Shown piece after piece: positions 52,975-64,000 of a stretch of 64,000 bases of DNA (the first letter of the stretch is position 1; every line of letters begins with the position of its first letter). Origin of the DNA: Octopus vulgaris. Lineage: Eukaryota. Under the pieces are notes generated by a model, which saw only the letters and a program-made list of their open reading frames with translations, made no database searches and was not told where the DNA came from. The translations under genes and the position numbers were made by a program. The stretch covers positions 9,920,001 through 9,984,000 of the forward strand of contig OX597836.1 of the NCBI GenBank assembly GCA_951406725.2, written 5' to 3'.

Positions 52975-54260
52975 TTCCTTCTTCTTATCTTTTCTCCTCT
53001 TCTCCCCAGTCATTCATACATTCATTCTATCTCTATTATATCTCTCTTTTTCTCTTTCTCTCTCCTTCTCTCTCTCTCTCACCAAATGAATTTTAGCTTC
53101 ACTCGTTTCTCTCAAAAGCAACAATGCTTTTCACATGCCTCTTTCTTTCAACCTCTGTAACCAAGTGCTCGCTCTATTCCTCTCTCTATCTCTTTCGTTC
53201 TCCTTCTCTCTGTAATTGCTTCTCTTTCACTATTTCCAGCTTCTCCAATCTCTCTCTATCTCTATGTATATATATATATATATCTATCTATCTCTCTCTC
53301 TCTATCTATCTATCTAATCTGGCTTCTGTTTGTCCTCCTCTCTCTAATCGAACCTCTCACCCTTTCACGCTTCTCTCACCCTGTCCCAATCTCTCTCCCT
53401 TTCTCTCTTTCTCTCTCTATCTATCTCTTTCGTTCTGCTTCTCCTCCTTCTCTCTGTAATTGCTTCTCTTTCACTATTTCCAGCTTCTCCAATCTCTCTC
53501 TCTCTCTCTGAATCTATCTATCTTTCTCTCTCTCTATCTATCTAATCTGGCTTCTGTTTGTCCTCCTCTCTCTAATCGAACCTCTCACCCTCTCACGCTT
53601 CTCTCACCCTGTCCCAATCTCTCCCCCTTTCTCTCTGCCTCTCTCACTTCAATTTTATTAATTTAGGCCTTTTTCTCCTCCTCTTACCAATCCCTCTCAA
53701 GATGACCATCCTCTGTCTTTCATTTCCTTTATCTCCGATTCATACTTATTCCTCATTTTCTTCTTTTCTCTTTCTCTCATTCTCAGTCCAACTGTCACAC
53801 AGTTTCACTCTCTTTCCTCTTTTACACTCTTTCTCTCTCTTTCTCTTTATTTTTCTCCCTCTCTTTTCTCTCCCTCTCTTCTCTCTCCCTCTTTTCCCCT
53901 CATTTCTCTGTCACTATCTCTAGCTTACACTGTTTCTCTCTATCACTTTTACTCTTTCGCTTTGCCGTCTCTTTCTTTTTTTTCCTCTCCATTTCTCTCT
54001 ATCTCTTACTCCTCTTTTTCGTTTCTTTCCTTCTCCCATTCTCTCTATCTTTCTTATTCTATCTTTTCCTTTTTCTCTCTATCTCTCACGATGCTTCTCT
54101 TTCCCTCTCTCTTTCTCCCCCTTTCTCTATCTCACTTTCTAGCTTTCACTCTGTCCGTCTTTCATCCTTTCCCTATCTCTCTCTAACTGTCTCTCTTTCT
54201 TTCCCTTTCTCTCTTTTCATCTTTTACTCTTTCTCTCTATATTTCTCTCCCTATCTCTCT
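52975..54260. repeat. CT-rich low-complexity tract containing a ~240-bp tandem duplication
   Basis: ~53180-53407 is repeated at ~53415-53636 (e.g. CTAATCTGGCTTCTGTTTGTCCTCCTC occurs twice). Confidence 0.88.
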
Positions 54261-54516
54261 CAAATCCCACATTATCAATTATTTAAGCTTTCTCTTTTTC
54301 AAAAACCACCACATTTCCCACTCCCTACTTCCCGCATTCACACTTTTTTTCTCTCACTTTCTGTTTTCCCTCCAATTTTCCTTAATCTCCGAGTTCCCCC
54401 TTTTCTCTTTTACGGGCGGTTTCTTAATTAATCCCTCTAAATCCCATTTGTTTAAGCCGTATTTTTCACCACCTTACGATCGAAGTCTCTCTTCCTCTTC
54501 CTCTCTATCTCTTTCT

Positions 54517-54704
<188 letters not shown>

Positions 54705-55013
54705 AGCTCCCGTGCACAAACGCATTTATGTAATTCACCAACATTCAATTGGCATTCCCAGTCCTCTACAAAAACACTTAAATACTCATAGCCACAAAGT
54801 CGTTTTTCCTCTAAGTACGCTATAAATACAATTAATAAGTGTGTGTGTGTGTGCGTGTGTATATACATTTACACACAAACATAGAAACACGCATACACAG
54901 ACACACAGCCATATGAGGCATTTTAGTTGGTTTGTGACCACAAGTTGGAATTGGAAATACTCATACTATAAATTTTGGCAACGTTCAGATAATGTTCAGT
55001 ACGCATTCTTACC

Positions 55014-55242
55014 TTACTCTTTTACTCTTTTACTAGTTTCAGTCATTTGACTGCGGCCATGCTGGAGCACCGCCTTTTTTTAATCGAGCAAATCGACCCC
55101 CAGGACTTATTCTTTGTAAGCCCAGTACTTATTCTATCGGTCTCTTTTGCCGAATCGCTAAGTGACGGAGACGTAAACACACCAGCATCGGTTGTCAAGC
55201 AATGCTAGGGGGACAAACACAGACACACAAACACACACATTC

Positions 55243-55289
<47 letters not shown>

Positions 55290-56191
55290 TACGACAGGCT
55301 TCTTTCAATTTCCGTCTACCAAATCCACTCACAAGGCATTGGTCGGCCCGGGGCTATAGCAGAAGACACTTGCCCAAGATGCCACGCAGTGTGACTGAAC
55401 CTGGAACCATGTGGTTGGTTAGCAAGCTACTTACCACTTCTTTTTTTCTTTCTTTTTCTTCAAATATTACTAAGGAATCATATGGTTTCGACAACAGAGG
55501 TCCTGCTTTTGCAGAAAGGAAAAGAAAGACAATTAAAAAAATTGTTTTCAAATTTCTAACCCAACTCCCATCCCACCTCCATTTCATCCCCGTTTTCCTC
55601 GACCAAAAAAAAACCACAAAAAAACCCCCACAAAACTGGTTTTAGCTTAGGGTATTTTTTGGGTCAGCGGGGAATTTCCGTGTTTAAAAATACAGACATT
55701 ATAATTCCGAAGAAGGAAAAAAATAGAATTTTTCTTTTTAAAAATTTCAGTGCTTACTCTTTTACTCTCATTTACTTGTTTCAATCATTTAACTGCGGCC
55801 ATGCTGGAGCACCGCCTTTAGTCGAGCAAATCGACCCCCAGGACTTATTCTTTGTAAGCCCCTAGTACTTATTCTATCGCTCTCTTTTTGACGAACTGCT
55901 AAGTTACAGGGACGTAAACACACCAGCATCGGTTGTCAAGCGATGCTGAGGGAATAAACACAGACACACAAACATATACACACACATACATACATACATA
56001 CATACATACATACACATATATATATATATATATATATACATATATACGATGGGCTTCTTTCAGTTTCCGTCTACCAAATCCACTCACAAGGCTTTGGTCG
56101 ACCCGAGGCTATAGTAGAAGACACATGTCCAAGGTGCCACGCAGTGGGACTGAACCCAGAACCATGTGGTTGGTAAGCAAGCTACTTACCA
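55014..56191 (-). mobile_element. Two minus-strand SINE-A copies (55014-55437, ~55755-56191)
   Basis: Family A consensus. Confidence 0.87.
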
Positions 56192-57110
56192 CTCACCCAC
56201 TTATGTAATTTTCCAATTTTGATTTGCAGTCACAGACCTAAAAGAATTGTGTGTGTGTGTGTATGTGTGTCTGTGTGTGTGTGTGTGTGCGTGTGTGTGT
56301 ACCTTTGTGTATCTATTATAAATTTGCAAAAGGTTCGTGTGTGTGCTTTTACATGATCATCCCCTTTTGTATGTGACAATTACCTGTACTTTGCTGCCAC
56401 CACAGTGCTGAATCTCAGTTTTACTATTCAACTCTTTTTCCTGCTCCTCACTGAAAGCTTTGTCACTTCCAGCAACTCCCCCCCTCTCTCTCTCCCCTGT
56501 ATATGCTTTCTTTTATCTTATTTTTAATTCCTCTCCACATCTGTTGTTCAAATACTATCAACACCACTTTGACCTCTATTTCTTTTTCTCTTTTTCTCTC
56601 GATGCTTTTAATTCCTTTTCGTATCTCACTCTTCCTTTATTCTAATGTCTTCAACTTCCCTTTATCTCTCTCTCTCTCTCTCACTCTCTCTCATATTATT
56701 ACCATCTCTTTCTTCCTATCACTTGCCCCTCTCTTTCTTCCATTCATTGTTCTTTTTTTTCTTCTCTTATCTCATATTTTACTCATTTCAGTCATAAGAC
56801 AAAGGCCATCCTGGGGAACAGCCTTGAAGAACTTTAGTTGAACAAATCAACCCCAATACTATTATTTTTTTAAAGCCTGGTACTTATTCTATCGATCTCT
56901 TGCTGAACCGCTAATTAAAGGGAACGTAAACATACACACACTGGTTGTCAAGTGATGGTGGGGGACAAAGAATGAAAGATCAAGTTGGCTTAAGAGCAAT
57001 TTGAACTCAGAACGTAGCGGCAGACGAAATACCACTAAGCATTTTGCCTCGTGTGCTAACAGCTTTACCAGCCCACCGCTTTTATATAATTCTTTACATA
57101 AAAAGGAATC

Positions 57111-57300
57111 AAACCAAATAATGATATTTTGAAAGCGTTTAATATGTACGTTCCAGATTTTATGAAATATTTAATAAGATATATTTTGAAAAGTATTAAC
57201 TGAAGAAGGTCCTTGCATAAGGGGGATGTGTTTTCTATTACATATTACACAAGATCTGAAACCTGTAATAAAATGCTTTCAAAATATCGTTATTTGGTTT
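57111..57300 (+). mobile_element. Foldback element enclosing a hammerhead-like core
   Basis: 26-bp inverted arms (57111-57136 / 57275-57300, 1 mismatch); inside CTGAAGA AGGTC..GATCT GAAACCTGTA. Confidence 0.6.
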
Positions 57301-57472
57301 CAATTCATTCTTACAACGAATATAACTTGATGCAAATGGAAACTGGCAACTCCTGATACCGTTTACAAAGATTCTCTAACAAGGATTTGGAATAGTTTGT
57401 TGTGTTTGGCGCTAGAGTAAAAAATTCTGTTGCCACATGTTACTTCTAAGCAAAACACAAAATATGTGTGTA

Positions 57473-57541
<69 letters not shown>

Positions 57542-57704
57542 GTATGTATATATGTATATATATATATGTATATATGTATATAATATATATATTTTATATG
57601 TATATATATATATATTTATACATATATATATATAGGTCAGAAAGTTAGTGTGTGAAAGCACTTGGTTGGATGTATAAAAAATTAAAAAGAGTGAAAAAAC
57701 TACA

Positions 57705-57830
57705 GAAGGCTTGTGCTATAAAGTTAAAGAATATATTTAAGTCGTTATGTTAGAAAAATGTTTATATTTTCTAACATTTTTCTAACATTATGACTTAAAT
57801 ATATTATTTAACCTTATAACACAAGCCTTC
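57705..57830. repeat. Long palindrome, 58-bp arms with a 10-nt spacer
   Basis: GAAGGCTTGTG..AGAAAAATGTT / AACATTTTTCT..CACAAGCCTTC. Confidence 0.88.
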
Positions 57831-57848
57831 CATAGATTTTCTCTTTTT

Positions 57849-57976
<128 letters not shown>

Positions 57977-57986
57977 GTATGTATGT

Positions 57987-58020
<34 letters not shown>

Positions 58021-58293
58021 GTAGGTAGGTAGGTAGGTATGTATGTATATATATATTTCAAAACAAGAGTGAAAGAAAGCTAAACTTCCTTCTCAAGTTT
58101 CAACATGCTTCTGCCTAGTGGCAAATTCAAATATACACATATATAAAAAGAGAGAGAGATAGAAACGATTATTTCCTTGCATGAAAAGTATATACTTCAA
58201 TGAAATATCTGTAATTCACCTTGATATAAAAACAAAAAAAACTGACAGTGAGCGAGACAAACAGAATAATTTTTAAAAATTTACTGTGAGTTA

Positions 58294-58398
58294 ATAGTGA
58301 ACTATAGTTTCGGGTTTAGCTTCCTAATTAAATGAATTCATTATTTTAAAAAATTAATTAAATTTAAATTTGTTGAGTATGACCTTCTTCAGCACTAT
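58294..58398 (-). ncRNA. Putative minimal type I hammerhead ribozyme
   Basis: Minus strand: AUAGUG CUGAAGA AGGU..ACCC GAAAC UAUA GUU|CACUAU. Perfect 6-bp stem I, intact core boxes and palindromic helix III (ACUAUAGU), as in Penelope-associated minimal hammerheads. Confidence 0.62.
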
Positions 58399-58488
58399 CC
58401 CTCCATATTTATGAAAAAATATGAATAATTTAAAAGATATTACCTTATTCATCAACAGCCATTTGAATTTCAAGGTATAAAATTATTT

Positions 58489-58528
<40 letters not shown>

Positions 58529-58547
58529 GCACACACTCACATATATA

Positions 58548-58585
<38 letters not shown>

Positions 58586-58627
58586 CACTCACATATATAT
58601 ATATATATGTGTGTATATATACATATG

Positions 58628-58666
<39 letters not shown>

Positions 58667-58829
58667 AGTATATATATATATATACAAGGTATAAGTTAAA
58701 GGTGTTTAAAGCCTCTAAGGGATAGATATGTCCAAAGGCACTCCTGGTAATTACCTCAGTAGGTATATTCCTTGGTATAAGGTATACAGCAGCAGGTAAT
58801 TTAGCGGGTGAACCGTAGTTCAATTTCTG

Positions 58830-58979
58830 TAGACGATAAGAACATGGAAGAAAGATAACAATAAGAAGTTTGTCTTTTAGGCTAGGAAGCCATTATTTAA
58901 TTAGTTAATTAAATAATGGCTTCCTAGCACAAAAGACACACTTCTTATTGTTATTTTTCTTCCATTTTCTTATTGTCTA
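58830..58979. repeat. Long palindrome, 74-bp arms with a 2-nt spacer
   Basis: 58830-58903 versus 58906-58979; 6 mismatches by manual comparison; abuts (TA)n. Confidence 0.92.
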
Positions 58980-59023
58980 TATATATATATTCTCCCTATA
59001 TATATATATATATATGAATTCTT

Positions 59024-59062
<39 letters not shown>

Positions 59063-59221
59063 CATGCAGTCTTGTTGATGTTAGTTGCAGTGAGCTACTG
59101 GAGTCTATTTGCCTTTGTTATGCCTGCCCGCCAGGTGTTGCCCTCTTCCACCGGACTCAATCCTTAAGGACTTGAGATTGCTCTCCTCTGCTTATGTTGC
59201 TGTTGGGGTCTTGATTGAGGT

Positions 59222-60070
59222 CAGGAGAAGTGTCAAGAACAACAACAGCCTGCAGTGTTCATCTTCTGGGATCTAAAGAAAGCCTTTGACAAGGTCCCCT
59301 GTTCTGCAATGTGGGCCATCCTTGTTCGGTTTCGATGTCCAGAGGACTTCATTGCCTGGTCCATTCCTTTTATGATGGCATGGTGGGTTAGGGTATGCCA
59401 TAAAAATGCCCTCACAGACCTGTTTCCCATCACTGGGGGTTTTAAGCAAGGATGCATCCTGAGGTCAATGTGTTTTTCTTTGTACATGACTGCCATGTTC
59501 AACAAAATCCCACTTGACATGTGCTTTCACTTGGATGGTTGACTGTTCAGTCTCACACATCTCCACGCAACAATGAGAACCTTCACCATCTCAGTCTGTG
59601 AGATGCAGTATGCCGACAACAAGGCCACTTTGAGCTGGAGAGCTGATGACCTACAAAGGATGGCCAATCTTTACAACGCAGCTTATGAATGCTTCAGGAT
59701 GCAAGTAAACACATTAAAGTCCAAGACCCTGATCCAACCTGCAACAGGCCAGAACAGTCCACCCACAAATATTAGCATCAATGGCCAATCCCTAGAAGAA
59801 CTTGAACACTTCTCATACCTTAGGAGTATCCTTTTGAAGACCACCACGTCTGAAAAGACACAGAGGAGGTCTGAAACTCCATTTTAAAGACTAGCTCAAA
59901 TGGACCCTGGCTCAAACTAACATCCAGCCATCCTCATGGGAACAGATTGCCATGGATAGGACAGCCTGGAAAACTGCTATCCGCAATGGGGCCAGCTCTT
60001 TCAAGTAGAACAGACCACAGAATGAAGAGGTAAAATGCAGGAGAAGAAAGGAGCATCTTCAACATCCACG
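59222..60070 (+). pseudogene. Decayed RTE/BovB-like reverse transcriptase fragment
   Basis: QEKCQEQQQP..FWDLKKAFDKV..GFKQGCIL..FSLY..MQYADN (a YADD variant)..LEELEHFSYL.S; contains stops and frameshifts. Confidence 0.88.
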
Positions 60071-60119
60071 GCCCAAAAGGATGAAAGGCAAAGTCAACCT
60101 TGGCAGAATTTGAACATAC

Positions 60120-60187
<68 letters not shown>

Positions 60188-60910
60188 TCATGGCAACAAC
60201 AGCAGCAGTAACAACAACAACAACAACAACAACAATAATTTCTTTTTATATGCATCAGGGGCACTAGATGAAAGGGCCGTTACAAGGACAGTTTACAATT
60301 TGTGTAGGGGTTTACATAAAAGATGAGAGGAAAAATGGGAGAAGAACGGGAACGGAGATAAAAGTATACGTAATATGTAAAATATTTTAATACATGAATG
60401 ATACAGACCTTTTGATACATGAAAGCCCTCTGAAAGAAAAAAAGGGCCAATCAAGGAACCCCACAAATCTAAGATCAACCTGAACACCAAGGGCACCAAG
60501 CCCTCACCCAAATGTTCTTCTCCAATCTACAGGCATATGCCAGCCAAGAGTAGGTTCATTCACCCTAACCACCTTCGCCACAGTCACCTAGCACGCACTG
60601 GCTTATCTCCAGCAACATGTTTACAATATGAGTATGGCCTCGCCATCCGTCTATTTATCTTTTTTTGTCTTTCTATCTCTTATGTGTCTAAAATGCCTAA
60701 CTGTCTCCGTCATGTCATCTGACAAAACTCTTATTGTCTGTCACAGAGTTTTAATTTTTTTTTCTTTTTGTTCTTTGATGTCTCTCGTCATTTAATTTAA
60801 TATCAGTCTTTCATGCATGACATGACTTGAGCAGACTAATAGGAATGGAATTACATATTATATATCACCTAATGACAATTGACCTCTTGTATATATATAT
60901 ATATATATAT

Positions 60911-61323
60911 ACTCTCTCTTTACTCTTTTACTTGTTTCAGTCATTTGACTGCGGCCATGCTGGAGCACCACCTTTAGTCGAGCAAATCGACCCCGGGACT
61001 TATTCTTTGTAAGCCCAGTACTTATTCTATCGGTCTCTTTTGCCGAACCGCTAAGTGACGGGGACGTAAACACACCAGCATCGGTTGTCAAGCAATGCTA
61101 GGGGGACAAACACAGACACACAAACATATACACACACACTTATATATATATACATATATATGACAGGCTTCTTTCAGTTTCCGTCTACCAAATCCACTCA
61201 CAAGGCATTGGTCGGCCCGGGGCTATAGCAGAAGACACTTGCCCAAGATGCTACACAGTGGGACTGAACCCGGAACCATGTGGTTGGTTAGCAAGCTACT
61301 TACCACACAGCCACTCCTGCACC
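60911..61323 (-). mobile_element. SINE family A, full copy
   Basis: Family A consensus. Confidence 0.9.
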
Positions 61324-61608
61324 TATATATATATATATATATAAGTAGGTGAATGAATTATCCTATGTTTATCGTCAGCATGGAAAATTCGTTTAACCGA
61401 AACCTGGGTAGCAAATTCACGTCAGAAACACGGTTGAAGCGACCTGTCAAGGGTAGAAACTCCGGGTTCATGTGCAGAAATTTGTGTGTTGTACATGAAT
61501 AAATGAAAGAATGGAGTCGAATGAAGATGTTAACAAAATTCCTTTACTCTCAACATATGTTTCGAAGACAACATGTTTTCATTCCAAATGACTGAAATAA
61601 TTAAAATA

Positions 61609-61701
<93 letters not shown>

Positions 61702-61790
61702 TATATATATAAGCACAGGAGTGGCTTATCAACCACATGGTTCCACGTTCAGTTCTACTACATGGCACCGGAAACTGTAAGAAGCCCATC

Positions 61791-61845
<55 letters not shown>

Positions 61846-62328
61846 TGTGTCTGTGTTTGTCCCCCCCAAATATTGCTTGACATTCCATGCTGTTGTGTTT
61901 ATGTCTCCATAACTTAGCAGTTCAGCAAAAGACAGCGATAGAATAAGTACTAGGCTTACAAAGAATAAGTCCTGGGGGTCGATTTGCTCGACTAAATGTG
62001 GTGCTCCAGCATGGCCTTGTTTGTCCCCTCTATGTTTAACCCCTGGAGGGTAGTAAAGAAATTAGGGGATATGCACAAGTAACAAGAATATGAGAGTAGA
62101 ACCTGGTTAGAAAAATAGGGAGTGGGTGTGGGTGTGGGTGGTGATGGAGCGTGGGTGGGGGAGCAGTGATTCAGTGAGCAGGGCAGTGAGGGCAAGAAAG
62201 GGGATTGCAAAACAATCATAGTTTATGAAGTGGAAATGTGTATGCACACATGCATACATGTATGCGTATATAAATATACATGTATGTATATATAAATATA
62301 CATGTATGCATATATATATTCTCCCATT

Positions 62329-62443
<115 letters not shown>

Positions 62444-62954
62444 GTACACTGGTGTGCTTACTTAGCCAGCAGGGTGGAGTCATTCGAAGGCTAAAACAAT
62501 GTGAAGCGCATTGTGATCAGCGATGTGTAGCAGCATCTGATAGCCTGGTCTTAAGATATACACACACACACACACACACACATATGTAATTAATTCTCCA
62601 TGTAACTAATTCTCTAAATCCCAGAAGTCTTCTGGGATTCTGTGATGAGCAATTGACATATGAAAACATTTGTATCCTTCTCTTAACAATTACTCACATA
62701 AGCGACCAAATTTCCGACTGGAAACTGAAACTGGGTCACAAACACTTAAATCTACTCACATAATCTGTATATAAAACAATTACAGAAGTTAACAGCCATA
62801 ATTATAATTATGGTAATAATAGGTTGTGGCCTTTTTTTTTTTTTTTTTTTCCGTTTTTCTCATGTCATATATTGTTTAGATAAACTGATTGATTGACAGG
62901 CTTGCTCGTTATTGATCAACAGACAAATTTCAGTTTAATATATGCGCATACATA

Positions 62955-63354
62955 GGCGCAGGAGTGGCTGTGTGGTAAGTAGCTTGCTAACCAACCACAT
63001 GGTTCCAGGTTCAGTCCCACTGCGTGGCATCTTGGGCAAGTGTCTTCTGCTATAGCCCCGGGCCGGCCAATGCCTTCTGAGTGGATTTGGTAGACGGAAA
63101 CTGAAAGAAGCCTGTCGTATATATGTATATATATATATATGTATGTGTGTGAATATGTTTGTCTGTCTGTGTTTGTCCCCCTAGCATTGCTTGACAGCCG
63201 ATGCTGGTGTGTTTACGTCTCCGTCACTTAGCGGTTCGGCAAAAGAGACTGATAGAATAAGTACTGGGCGCTACAAAGAATAAGTCCCAGGGTCGATTTT
63301 CTCGACTAAAAACAGACGGTGCTCCAGCATGGCCGCAGTCAAATGCCTGAAACA
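62955..63354 (+). mobile_element. SINE family A, full copy
   Basis: Family A consensus. Confidence 0.9.
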
Positions 63355-63618
63355 TAATCACAGACTTGGCTGTGTGGTAAGAGGTTTGCTTCCCAACCAC
63401 GTGGTTCCAGGTTCAGTCCCGCTGTGTGGCACCTCGGGCAGATAATTTCTACTATAACGTTAGGCCGACCAAAGCCTTGTGAGTGGATTTAGTCGACGGA
63501 AAATGAAAGAAGCCTGTTGCTGAGTGGTTCATGTTAAGACAGGCATCCAGCTGTAAAAATCCTGCCAAAACAGTTACAGAAGTCTGGTGCATGCTTCTGC
63601 CAGGCCAGCTCTTGTTAA

Positions 63619-63827
63619 CCCTTTTGTTACCTTATTCCTGTTGAGATGCTCTGTGTTTATTCCAATTAATTTTAAGTATAAAAAAGAATTTAGTAACATA
63701 ACTTAGTTTTCATTCAGCTAGTGTTAGGAACAGTAATTGTGACTAAAGTTTGGTGGAAGGTTTTAATTCAAAACATAGGAAAACAAGACATTTGTACTCA
63801 GTTTCAGCTGGGTTGGTATCAAAAGGG
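63619..63827. mobile_element. piggyBac-like MITE (same family as 41571-41775, inverted)
   Basis: TTAA|CCCTTTTGTTACC..GGTATCAAAAGGG|TTAA. Confidence 0.85.
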
Positions 63828-63887
63828 TTAAACCATTCCACTCATGCCAGCATGGAAGGCAAACATTAAACAATGATGATGGTGATG

Positions 63888-64000
63888 GGCTTAGGAGTGG
63901 CTGTGTGGTAAGTAGCTTGCTTACCAACCACATGGTTCCGGGTTCAGTCCCACTGCATGGCACCTTGGGCAAGTGTCTTCTACTATAGCCTCGGGCCGAC
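63888..64000 (+). mobile_element. SINE family A 5' part, running off the window
   Basis: Head with A and B boxes. Confidence 0.85.

Overview
AT-rich, repeat-dominated eukaryotic DNA, most likely from an octopus (coleoid cephalopod). That assignment is inferred from my recollection of octopus tRNA-derived SINE families plus the very high (TA/CA/TAGA/TAA)n content; it is not checked by any search. No complete protein-coding gene, rRNA, tRNA gene or CRISPR array is supported, and almost all ORFs in the track are translations of microsatellites or SINEs. The window holds more than 40 copies of at least three tRNA-derived SINE families. It also holds decayed LINE fragments (RTE/BovB, Rex3-like RTE, R4/Dong, HERO, possibly Tx1), an internally deleted mariner, hAT, piggyBac and pogo-like MITEs, and non-autonomous Helitrons. 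A few micro-exon candidates suggest the region is intronic or the 5' end of a long minus-strand gene. The most notable signals are: (i) several unrelated foldback elements next to (TA)n that carry minimal type I hammerhead ribozyme cores; (ii) head-to-tail SINE arrays that may arise by self-targeted insertion; (iii) a mariner keeping only an open DNA-binding-domain ORF; and (iv) close inverted SINE pairs that could form dsRNA for ADAR editing. All coordinates were counted by hand and may be off by a few bases.
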